This document shows positions 8,849 through 17,306 of a DNA stretch of 32,000 nucleotides, piece after piece; the first letter of the stretch is position 1, and each line of letters begins with the position of its first letter. The DNA is from Candidatus Pelagibacter ubique HTCC1062 (GTDB lineage Bacteria; Pseudomonadota; Alphaproteobacteria; Pelagibacterales; Pelagibacteraceae). A program made the position numbers and the translations under genes. The stretch lies in contig NC_007205.1 in the NCBI RefSeq assembly GCF_000012345.1, forward strand, positions 1,080,001 through 1,112,000, written 5' to 3'. The notes beneath the pieces are model-generated. The model did not search any database and was not told the DNA's origin. It was given only the letters and a program-made list of their open reading frames with translations.

Positions 8849-8877
8849 TTTATAACTCAACTTCTTTTTGTTAACAA
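8849..8877 (-). promoter_or_regulatory. candidate sigma70-type promoter for tRNA-Leu (and nadK)
   Basis: The minus strand reads TTGTTA (8877-8872), a 17-nt spacer, then TATAAA (8854-8849). This implies a leader of roughly 25 nt before the tRNA-Leu 5' end at 8816. Hexamer match only. Confidence 0.35.
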
Positions 8878-8895
8878 ATCATATCAATATTTTAA

Positions 8896-9312
8896 TTAAG
8901 CTTTTAATGCTTTTTTAAGAATACGATTATCTAAATTACAATCTTTATAACCTCTCTTTACAACATTTAAATATCGTTCTGTTGGATATGCAAATAAAGT
9001 TTTTTTAGTCATGGTATAGGTCATTACTTTTTTACCATAATAAGTAAAATAATATTTTTTATATAGAACTGGATAATCTTCATAAACATCTAATTTTTTT
9101 TCATCACTTTTAGATATTTCAAATAAAGCACCAGGAACAATTGAGTTTTTTTTAGGTTCTATATCAGCAGCTCTATATTTGCTTCTAAAGGTTAGTTTAA
9201 AATTAGTTAAATTAATTTTTTTTAAAAAGACACTGTCCTTGCATCTTCTTTTCATTTGAAAATGATTAAGATTACTTCCGTAAGCAAAATAAAGCATTAA
9301 ACTATCTAACAA
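8896..9312 (-). CDS. gamma-glutamylcyclotransferase / AIG2-like family protein
   Basis: 138 aa with N-terminal YFAYGSNLN (the YGS.L motif of the GGCT/AIG2 fold) and a downstream acidic YEDYP segment. Specific substrate unknown. Confidence 0.6.
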   Translation of the reverse strand: MLDSLMLYFAYGSNLNHFQMKRRCKDSVFLKKINLTNFKLTFRSKYRAADIEPKKNSIVPGALFEISKSDEKKLDVYEDYPVLYKKYYFTYYGKKVMTYTMTKKTLFAYPTERYLNVVKRGYKDCNLDNRILKKALKA

Positions 9313-10051
9313 CTACTTCTATTTTTTTTAGATTAACAAACTCTAATACTTCAGAACTGCACTTATCAATTTTAAGTTGGTCTTCAGATCTTATTACTAT
9401 TGATACTCCTAATTTTCCTGCATGAAAAAATGGATAACTTCCAATTTCAACATCTTTATTGTTATCTTGAACATTGGTTAAAGAGTTTGCAATTTCACTT
9501 TCAACTGTTTTTAAACTTATTGTATGGCTTAATATTGGATCTCCCCCTACTATCTTGTTTTTTAATCCACCCAACATTGATTTTAAAATTGAAGGAACTC
9601 CCGGTAAGCAAAAAACGTTTTCTATATAAAATCCCGGGGCACCACTTGTTGGATTTAATATTAAATTAGCATTACGTGGCATCCATACCATTTTTTGTCG
9701 ACCTTCATTAAATTCACCCACTTTGTAGTAAGATTCTAATATTTTAAAAGCTTCTTTATGAATTTCATACTCAAGATTAAATGCTTTAGAAATAGACTGA
9801 GCAGTAATATCATCATGAGTTGGTCCTATACCACCAGTTGTAAATACATAATTATTAACCTTTCTTAAATGATTAACGGTCTCAATAATTGTATTTTCTA
9901 TATCTGGAATAACCCTAACTTCATTAACTTTTACACCAATTGAGTTTAGCCATTGTGCTATTGTGCTGGTATTAGTGTCTTGCGTTCTTCCAGATAGGAT
10001 CTCATTACCTATAATAAGTATTGCTGCATTAAATTTTGTATTTTGGGTCAT
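9302..10051 (-). CDS. CinA N-terminal-domain-only protein (MoCF-binding fold, COG1058-type; family reported as ADP-ribose pyrophosphatase)
   Basis: 249 aa with AAILIIGNEILSGRTQDTN... and TTGGIGPTHDDIT motifs of the MoaB/MogA-like CinA N-domain. There is no PncC/CinA C-terminal deamidase domain. Confidence 0.75.
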   Translation of the reverse strand: MTQNTKFNAAILIIGNEILSGRTQDTNTSTIAQWLNSIGVKVNEVRVIPDIENTIIETVNHLRKVNNYVFTTGGIGPTHDDITAQSISKAFNLEYEIHKEAFKILESYYKVGEFNEGRQKMVWMPRNANLILNPTSGAPGFYIENVFCLPGVPSILKSMLGGLKNKIVGGDPILSHTISLKTVESEIANSLTNVQDNNKDVEIGSYPFFHAGKLGVSIVIRSEDQLKIDKCSSEVLEFVNLKKIEVVVR

Positions 10052-10072
10052 TATTAAATATACAATTTAAAT

Positions 10073-10771
10073 ATGGAATTTACCAAAGCTTTAATAAAAG
10101 GCAAACTGATCAAACGTTATAAGAGGTTTTTTGCAGACGTTAAAATTGGCAAGGAAATTGTTACGGCACATTGCCCTAATACTGGATCTATGAAGGGCTT
10201 ATTAGATGAAGGAAATATGGTTTATGTATCTAAAAATGATGACCCAAAAAGAAAGTTAAAATATACCCTTGAAATAATTAAAGTTAAAAAAAATTTAGTT
10301 GGTGTTAATACTCATTTTGCAAATAAAATTGCCTTCCATGGTTTAGTAAATAATCTAGTTAAAGAAGTTGCAAACAATGACAGTATCAAGGCTGAGGTAT
10401 TTTTTGATAAAGAAACACGGTTTGATTTTTTAGTTGAAAAAAATAAACAAAAAATATTTGTAGAAGTTAAAAATGTTACTTTATTCAGAGAAGAAAAAAC
10501 TGCAGAATTTCCAGATGCCGTTACCACTAGAGGGTCAAAGCATTTAAAAACACTTATAGAGGCGGTTAAAAAGGGCTATAAATCCTATCTATTATTTTTA
10601 GTCCAAATAGAGGGTGTGGATAATTTTAAAATAGCAAAAGACATTGATAAAGAATATTATGAAAATTATTTACTTGCAAAAAAAGCTGGAGTTAACTTTT
10701 TGGCTTATCAATGTAAAATAAATTCAAAAGAAATTAAAATAGATAAAAAAATTAAAATTATTAATGCCTGA
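10073..10771 (+). CDS. sfsA: SfsA family protein (sugar fermentation stimulation protein homologue, nuclease-like fold)
   Basis: 232 aa. RYKRFFADV...HCPNTGSM and FPDAVTTRGSKHLKTL closely parallel E. coli SfsA blocks as I recall them. Confidence 0.88.
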   Translation: MEFTKALIKGKLIKRYKRFFADVKIGKEIVTAHCPNTGSMKGLLDEGNMVYVSKNDDPKRKLKYTLEIIKVKKNLVGVNTHFANKIAFHGLVNNLVKEVANNDSIKAEVFFDKETRFDFLVEKNKQKIFVEVKNVTLFREEKTAEFPDAVTTRGSKHLKTLIEAVKKGYKSYLLFLVQIEGVDNFKIAKDIDKEYYENYLLAKKAGVNFLAYQCKINSKEIKIDKKIKIINA

Positions 10772-11534
10772 TTATTTAGAAAAATTTGAAAAGATGAGAG
10801 TTGCTGGAAATCTTGCAGCAAGAACTCTTGATATGCTTACAGATAATATTAAGCCAGGTGTAACCACAGAGTTTGTAGATAAATTAGGATATGAATTTAT
10901 TAGGGACAATGGTGGTTACTCAGCTCCACTTTTTTATAGAGGTTTTAAAAAATCATTATGCACTTCTTTAAATCATGTTGTCTGTCACGGTATACCTTCT
11001 GATAGAGTTTTAGTTGAAGGTGATGCTTTAAATGTTGATGTAACCGCTATAGTTGATGAACATTATGGTGATACAAGTCGAATGTTTTGTATTGGAAAAA
11101 CTCCTGTTAAAGTTAATAACTTAATTGATGCTACATACGAGTCGATGATGAGAGCAATTAATTTATTAAAGCCAGGATTAAAATTAGGTGACATTGGATA
11201 TGAAATACAATCTTTTATTGAAAAAAAAGGCTACTCAGTTGTTAGAGATTTTTGTGGTCATGGAATAAGCACAACATTCCACGAACCACCTAATATTTTA
11301 CATTATGGAAGAAGAAATACAGGGATGGAACTTAGACCTGGAATGACTTTTACAATTGAGCCTATGATAAATATCGGTGAATGGGATGTGAAGATGCTAA
11401 AAGATGGCTGGACAGCAGTTACAAAAGACAAATCTTTATCAGCACAATTTGAGCATACGCTAGGTATTACTGAAAATGGTTATGAAATCTTTACAGAATC
11501 TGTTAAAGGTTATTCTAAGCCCCCTTACTTATAA
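10764..11534 (+). CDS. map: type I methionine aminopeptidase
   Basis: 256 aa with metal-ligand context (VCHGIP, DVTAIVDEHYGDTS, GHGI, FTIEP, QFEHT). It overlaps sfsA by 8 nt. Confidence 0.95.
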   Translation: MPDYLEKFEKMRVAGNLAARTLDMLTDNIKPGVTTEFVDKLGYEFIRDNGGYSAPLFYRGFKKSLCTSLNHVVCHGIPSDRVLVEGDALNVDVTAIVDEHYGDTSRMFCIGKTPVKVNNLIDATYESMMRAINLLKPGLKLGDIGYEIQSFIEKKGYSVVRDFCGHGISTTFHEPPNILHYGRRNTGMELRPGMTFTIEPMINIGEWDVKMLKDGWTAVTKDKSLSAQFEHTLGITENGYEIFTESVKGYSKPPYL

Positions 11535-11537
11535 TTA

Positions 11538-12830
11538 ATGATTGAACGATATTCTAGAAAACAACTAACTGACATATGGTCAGAACAAAACAAATACCAA
11601 ATTTGGCTCGATGTAGAGGTTGCAGCAGCAGAAGCCATGGAAAAATTAGGTCAAATTCCTAAAGGTGTTGCATCAGTTGTTAGAAAAAAAGCTAAAATAA
11701 ACGTTAAAAGAATTCATCAAATTGAGAGTAAAGTTAAGCACGATGTAATAGCATTTTTAACCTCTATTACTGAAAAAGCAGGGATTAAAGCAAGATACCT
11801 TCACCAAGGTATGACCTCTTCTGATGTTTTGGATACCAGTTTAAATATTCAATTAGTTCAATCAGGTAAAATTCTACTCAGTGATATTGATCAAATTCTA
11901 AAAGTTTTAAAGAAACAAGCCAAAAAATACAAATACACTCCTTGCATGGGTAGAAGTCACGGAATTCACGCTGAACCTATAACTTTTGGTTTAAAATTAG
12001 CATCATTTTATGAGGAGTTTAAGAGAAATAGAAAAAGATTAGTTGATGCAATTGATGAAATTTCAACATGCGCAATCTCTGGTGCTGTTGGCACATTTGC
12101 AAATATTAATCCTAATGTTGAAAAACATGTAGCAAAAAAACTTGGATTAAAAGTTGAGCCTATATCAACACAGGTAATACCAAGAGATAGGCATGCTTTT
12201 TATTTTTCAATTCTTGGAATTATTGCAGGATCAGTTGAAAGAGTTGCAGTTGAGATTAGACATTTACAGAGAACTGAAGTTTATGAAGTGCAAGAGTTTT
12301 TTTCAAAGGATCAAAAAGGTTCTTCTGCAATGCCTCATAAAAAAAATCCAATCTTAAGTGAAAATTTAACAGGACTTGCTAGAATGGTTCGAAGTGCTGT
12401 TATCCCTGCTCTTGAAAATATTGCACTATGGCATGAAAGAGATATTTCTCACTCAAGTGTTGAAAGAAATATTGGTCCAGACGCAAATATTACCTTAGAT
12501 TTTGCTTTAGCAAGACTAAGTAATATTTTAGATAAAATGATTGTCTATCCAAAAAAAATGATTGAAAATTTAAATATAACTAAAGGTTTAATTTTTTCAC
12601 AAGAAGTAATGTTAGAGCTAACAAAATCAGGTTTAAGTAGAGAACAATCTTACAAAATGGTTCAAAATTATGCAAAAAAATGTTTTGCAGAAAATCTAAA
12701 TTTATTTGATGTTATATCAGATGATAAATTCATAATGGCTAAAATTTCATCAAAAAGATTAAGGGCTATATTCAATTATTCATCGCATTTTAAAAACGTA
12801 GATTTAATTTTTAGAAGAGTATTCAAATAA
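11538..12830 (+). CDS. purB: adenylosuccinate lyase
   Basis: 430 aa in the fumarase/ASL superfamily with the signature [11 protein letters not shown], located upstream of purC. Confidence 0.95.
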   Translation: MIERYSRKQLTDIWSEQNKYQIWLDVEVAAAEAMEKLGQIPKGVASVVRKKAKINVKRIHQIESKVKHDVIAFLTSITEKAGIKARYLHQGMTSSDVLDTSLNIQLVQSGKILLSDIDQILKVLKKQAKKYKYTPCMGRSHGIHAEPITFGLKLASFYEEFKRNRKRLVDAIDEISTCAISGAVGTFANINPNVEKHVAKKLGLKVEPISTQVIPRDRHAFYFSILGIIAGSVERVAVEIRHLQRTEVYEVQEFFSKDQKGSSAMPHKKNPILSENLTGLARMVRSAVIPALENIALWHERDISHSSVERNIGPDANITLDFALARLSNILDKMIVYPKKMIENLNITKGLIFSQEVMLELTKSGLSREQSYKMVQNYAKKCFAENLNLFDVISDDKFIMAKISSKRLRAIFNYSSHFKNVDLIFRRVFK

Positions 12831-13612
12831 TGAAAAAAGGTAAAAAATTATACGAAGGTAAAGCTAAAATAATTTACGCAACATCTGATAAAAATTTGGT
12901 TATTCAATATTTCAAAGATGATGCAACTGCTTTTAATAATTTGAAAAAATCAACAATTGAAGGCAAAGGTGTTTTAAACAATAGAATTTCAGAACATATT
13001 TTATCAAACTTAACTCAAATTGGGATTAAAAATCATTTAGTAAAAAGACTAAATATGAGAGAACAAATTATCAAATTAGTTGAAATTATACCTATTGAAT
13101 TCATTGTTCGTAATGTTGCAACAGGCTCTATTACTAAAAGATTAGGTATCGAAGATGGAACAGTTTTAAAACAGCCACTATTAGAGTATTGCCTTAAAGA
13201 TGATAAATTAGGTGATCCACTTATTGCTGAAGAGCATATTTTAGCTTTTGATTGGGCTACAAAATCTGAATTAGAAAAAGTTAAAAAAATGATTCTTAGA
13301 ATTAATGATTTTATGATTGGAATGTTTAGAGGAGTTGGGATTAAACTAATTGATTTCAAACTTGAATTTGGAAGACTTAAAGAAAATGGGAAAAATGAGG
13401 TTATTCTGGCTGATGAGATTAGTCCTGACACTTGCAGATTATGGGACAGTATTACTGATAAAAAACTAGATAAAGATAGATTTCGTAAAGATTTGGGTGA
13501 TTTAATACCTGCATATACTGAAGTTGCAAAAAGACTTGGTATATTGCATGAGCAATCAAATTTAAGTGCTGTTAATGTTACAAAGTTAAGATCAGTTAAA
13601 AAAAGAAAATAA
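12830..13612 (+). CDS. purC: phosphoribosylaminoimidazole-succinocarboxamide (SAICAR) synthase
   Basis: 260 aa with [16 protein letters not shown]...GS and [12 protein letters not shown] blocks. Confidence 0.93.
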   Translation: MKKGKKLYEGKAKIIYATSDKNLVIQYFKDDATAFNNLKKSTIEGKGVLNNRISEHILSNLTQIGIKNHLVKRLNMREQIIKLVEIIPIEFIVRNVATGSITKRLGIEDGTVLKQPLLEYCLKDDKLGDPLIAEEHILAFDWATKSELEKVKKMILRINDFMIGMFRGVGIKLIDFKLEFGRLKENGKNEVILADEISPDTCRLWDSITDKKLDKDRFRKDLGDLIPAYTEVAKRLGILHEQSNLSAVNVTKLRSVKKRK

Positions 13613-13613
13613 T

Positions 13614-13856
13614 ATGAAAATATCTGTAATTATAACACTTAAAAAAGATGTTTTAGATCCTCAAGGTAAAGTTATCCATCAAACCCTGGACGGTATGGGA
13701 TTTGAAGGGATTAATGAAGTAAGACAAGGAAAATATTTTGAAATTGACACTAAAGAAGACGATAAGAAAAAAGCTGAAAAAAAAGTTGAAGAAATGTGTA
13801 AGAAACTTTTAGCAAACTTAGTGATAGAAGACTTTAAAATTATTGGATCACAATAA
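13614..13856 (+). CDS. purS: FGAM synthase subunit PurS
   Basis: 80 aa with the V.DPQG motif, located between purC and purQ. Confidence 0.9.
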   Translation: MKISVIITLKKDVLDPQGKVIHQTLDGMGFEGINEVRQGKYFEIDTKEDDKKKAEKKVEEMCKKLLANLVIEDFKIIGSQ

Positions 13857-13862
13857 TAAAAA

Positions 13863-14546
13863 ATGCATTCATCTGTAATAACCTTTCCTGGATCTAATTG
13901 TGATAGAGACATGGATGTTGCTTTAAAGAAGTTTGGTTTTAAAAACAAAATGGTTTGGCATGACGATGTTGAGCTGCCAAAAAGTGATTTAGTAGTTTTA
14001 CCAGGTGGTTTTTCATACGGGGATTACCTTAGATGTGGAAGTATGGCATCAAAATCAAAAATTATGAAATCGGTTCTAAACTTTGCTCAAGGGGGTGGTA
14101 AAGTTATGGGAGTTTGTAATGGGTTTCAAATTTTAGTTGAATCTGGATTACTGCCTGGTGTGCTGCTTAGAAATAAATATTTAGAATTTATTTGCAAAAA
14201 TGTTTTTGTTAAAGCTAACAATAAAGATAACTCTTATTTTAAAGATGATAAAAAAAACATCTACGAGTTTCATATAGCTCATAATGAGGGAAATTACTTT
14301 TGCTCTAATGATCAAATTAAAGAAATTAATGACAATAACCAAATAGCTTTATTTTATTCAGATGAAAACGGAAATGTTAATGAACAATCTAATCCAAATG
14401 GTTCATTACAAAATATAGCTGGTGTGTTTAATAAACAAAAAAATGTTTTAGGAATGATGCCTCATCCAGAAAGAATGATAGACCCTGCTCTTTCAGGTGA
14501 AGATGGTTCAATTTTTTTTCAAAACTTAATTAATAATTTAAAATAA
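13863..14546 (+). CDS. purQ: FGAM synthase glutamine amidotransferase subunit PurQ
   Basis: 227 aa with FPGSNCDRD, the catalytic GVCNGFQIL and MMPHPER. Confidence 0.95.
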   Translation: MHSSVITFPGSNCDRDMDVALKKFGFKNKMVWHDDVELPKSDLVVLPGGFSYGDYLRCGSMASKSKIMKSVLNFAQGGGKVMGVCNGFQILVESGLLPGVLLRNKYLEFICKNVFVKANNKDNSYFKDDKKNIYEFHIAHNEGNYFCSNDQIKEINDNNQIALFYSDENGNVNEQSNPNGSLQNIAGVFNKQKNVLGMMPHPERMIDPALSGEDGSIFFQNLINNLK

Positions 14547-16738
14547 TGATAGTTAACGAACAGCTTGCAATTGATCATGGTTTAAAAAAAGATGAATATA
14601 AAAAAATCTGTGATTTGTTAAAAAGAGTTCCCAATATTACTGAGCTTGGTATTTTCTCAGCAATGTGGAATGAGCATTGTTCTTATAAATCTTCAAGATT
14701 TCATCTTAAAAACTTACCTACTAAAGGAAAAAACGTAATTCAAGGTCCTGGTGAAAATGCTGGTGTTATTGATATTGGCGATGATGATGCAATAGTATTT
14801 AAAATTGAAAGTCATAATCACCCTTCATTTATTGAACCTTATCAAGGTGCCGCAACGGGTGTTGGTGGAATTATGAGAGATGTCTTTACAATGGGAGCAA
14901 GACCAATAGCTAATTTAAACTCAATTCATTTTGGCTCACCTCAGCATAAAAAAACTAAGAATTTATTACGTGGAGTTGTTCACGGTATAGGTGGATATGG
15001 TAATTGTATGGGGGTTCCAACAATTGCTGGTCAAACTAGTTTTGACGAATCTTATAATGGTAATATTTTAGTAAATGCTATGACCCTAGGTCATGTAAAA
15101 AAAGATAAAATTTTTTATTCAAAAGCTGCAGGTTTAGGGAAACCTGTGATCTATGTTGGTTCAAAAACAGGTCGAGATGGAATTCATGGTGCAAGCATGG
15201 CATCAGCTTCATTTGATGATAAAATTGAAGAAAAAAAACCGACTGTTCAAGTTGGTGATCCTTTTACAGAAAAACTATTATTAGAAGCTTGTTTAGAATT
15301 AATGGCAGGAGATTCGATTATTGCTATTCAGGATATGGGTGCTGCAGGATTAACTTCTTCAAGTATTGAAATGGCTTCAAAAGGAAATTTAGGAATTGAG
15401 ATCAATTTAAGTAAAGTTCCTTGTAGAGAGGCAAACATGTCCCCTTATGAAATTATGCTATCTGAAAGCCAAGAGCGAATGCTTATTGTTTTAGAAAATG
15501 GCAAAGAAGAAATGGCTAAAAAAATATTCGATAAATGGAATTTAGATTTTGCTGTAATTGGTCAAACAACAAAAAGTAAAAAAATTGAACTTTATTTTAA
15601 TGAAGAAAAAGTAGCAGATATTCCTGTTAACACATTGGTTGAAAACTCACCTATGTATGATCGAAAATGGAAAAAAGCTAAATTACCTAAAAGAATTAAA
15701 GTTGATAAAGAACAATTTAAAACCTTAAAAGTAAAAAATGTTTTAAATAAAATATTATCTAATCCAAATGTTTGTAGCAAAGAGTGGATTTGGCAACAAT
15801 ACGATCATACCGTTATGGGTGATACTATTCAAAAACCTGGCGGAGATGCTGGTGTTGTTAGAGTTCATGGTACCAATAAAGCTGTTGCAGCATCTGTAGA
15901 TTCATCTGCTGTATATTGTTGGGCTCACCCTTTAAGTGGGGGAAAGCAAATTGTTTGTGAAAGTTGGAGGAACTTAATTTCAGTTGGTGCTAAACCAATT
16001 GCTATTACTAATTGCTTAAATTTTGGTAGTCCTGAAAATGAAGAAAATATGGGTGAGTTTGTTGAGTGTGTTCAAGGTTTAGGTGAAGCGAGTGCTTACT
16101 TGGAGTTTCCAGTAGTTTCTGGAAACGTTTCATTTTACAACCAAACTAAAGATATTGGGATTAAACCTACACCAGCAATTGGGGGGGTTGGTTTAATTAA
16201 AGATTACCAAAACATGGTTACAATGGATTTAAAAGAAGCTGATAATATACTTTTAGTTATTGGTAAAACTGAAGGTCACTTGGATCAAAGTTTATTTGCA
16301 AGAGATATTTTAAATGAAAAAAATGGACCTCCTCCTGAAATTAATCTTTTTAATGAAAAAAATAATGGTGAAACAATTTTAAAGCTTATTAATAAAAAAT
16401 TTATAAAATCTGCTCACGATGTTTCTTTAGGTGGAATAATTACTGCTCTTTCTAAAATGTGTATTAAAGGTAAAAAAGGTGCAACTCTTAAAAAGTCTAA
16501 TTACTTAATTAATCAATTTGAATACTTATTTGGTGAAGATCAGGGAAGATACATTATTGAAATTAGTAAAGATGATCTAGAAAATGCTACTAAAATACTT
16601 CAAGAAAACTCCGTACATTTTGATGAACTTGGGTTAGTTAATGAAGATGGTTTAATAATTGACGATAAGACAAAAGTATCAATTGACGATTTGATTAAAT
16701 CACATACAAATTGGCTAACGAACTACATGGAAAATTAA
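14546..16738 (+). CDS. purL: FGAM synthase subunit PurL (small, three-subunit type)
   Basis: 730 aa with SEHCSYKSS, ESHNHPS..EP.QGAATGVGG and DVS.GG blocks. Confidence 0.96.
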   Translation: MIVNEQLAIDHGLKKDEYKKICDLLKRVPNITELGIFSAMWNEHCSYKSSRFHLKNLPTKGKNVIQGPGENAGVIDIGDDDAIVFKIESHNHPSFIEPYQGAATGVGGIMRDVFTMGARPIANLNSIHFGSPQHKKTKNLLRGVVHGIGGYGNCMGVPTIAGQTSFDESYNGNILVNAMTLGHVKKDKIFYSKAAGLGKPVIYVGSKTGRDGIHGASMASASFDDKIEEKKPTVQVGDPFTEKLLLEACLELMAGDSIIAIQDMGAAGLTSSSIEMASKGNLGIEINLSKVPCREANMSPYEIMLSESQERMLIVLENGKEEMAKKIFDKWNLDFAVIGQTTKSKKIELYFNEEKVADIPVNTLVENSPMYDRKWKKAKLPKRIKVDKEQFKTLKVKNVLNKILSNPNVCSKEWIWQQYDHTVMGDTIQKPGGDAGVVRVHGTNKAVAASVDSSAVYCWAHPLSGGKQIVCESWRNLISVGAKPIAITNCLNFGSPENEENMGEFVECVQGLGEASAYLEFPVVSGNVSFYNQTKDIGIKPTPAIGGVGLIKDYQNMVTMDLKEADNILLVIGKTEGHLDQSLFARDILNEKNGPPPEINLFNEKNNGETILKLINKKFIKSAHDVSLGGIITALSKMCIKGKKGATLKKSNYLINQFEYLFGEDQGRYIIEISKDDLENATKILQENSVHFDELGLVNEDGLIIDDKTKVSIDDLIKSHTNWLTNYMEN

Positions 16739-16739
16739 A

Positions 16740-16970
16740 ATGGCAATGGATATAAAAGAAGTTGAAACACTCATTAAAGAAGCTTTACCAGATGCTATAA
16801 TAGAAATTCAAGATCTTGCAGGAGATAGTAATCACTACTCAGCGACAATAACCTCTAAAGAGTTTTCAGGAAAAAGTAAAATTGAACAACACAAAATGGT
16901 GTACAATTCTTTAAAAGGGAAAATGGGCAACGAACTTCATGCATTAGCAATTAAAACAAAGGAACAATAA
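16740..16970 (+). CDS. BolA-family protein
   Basis: 76 aa in the BolA pattern (SNHY...I.S..F.G.S...QH..VY..L......LHALAIKT), immediately upstream of a monothiol glutaredoxin. Confidence 0.85.
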   Translation: MAMDIKEVETLIKEALPDAIIEIQDLAGDSNHYSATITSKEFSGKSKIEQHKMVYNSLKGKMGNELHALAIKTKEQ

Positions 16971-17302
16971 TGGACGATAGTACAAAAAATTTAATTCAAG
17001 GTCATATAGAAACCAACGAAGTATGTTTATTTATGAAAGGAACGCCAGATGCTCCTCAATGTGGATTTTCTATGGCTGTGTCAAATATGTTAAAAATTTT
17101 AGAAGTGAATTACAAAGGAATAAATGTTCTTGAATCTCAGTCTTTAAGAGAAGGTATAAAAGAATTTAGTGACTGGCCTACTATTCCACAAGTTTATATT
17201 AAAGGTGAATTTGTTGGTGGCTGTGACATCGTTAAGGAAATGTATGAAAATGGTGAACTCAAAAAAGTCCTTGAGGATAAAGGAATTAATTTTAAAAAAT
17301 AA
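16970..17302 (+). CDS. grxD: monothiol glutaredoxin (Grx4/GrxD type)
   Basis: 110 aa with the CGFS active site (PQCGFS) and WPTIPQVYI.GEFVGGCDI. Confidence 0.95.
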   Translation: MDDSTKNLIQGHIETNEVCLFMKGTPDAPQCGFSMAVSNMLKILEVNYKGINVLESQSLREGIKEFSDWPTIPQVYIKGEFVGGCDIVKEMYENGELKKVLEDKGINFKK

Positions 17303-17306
17303 TTGA

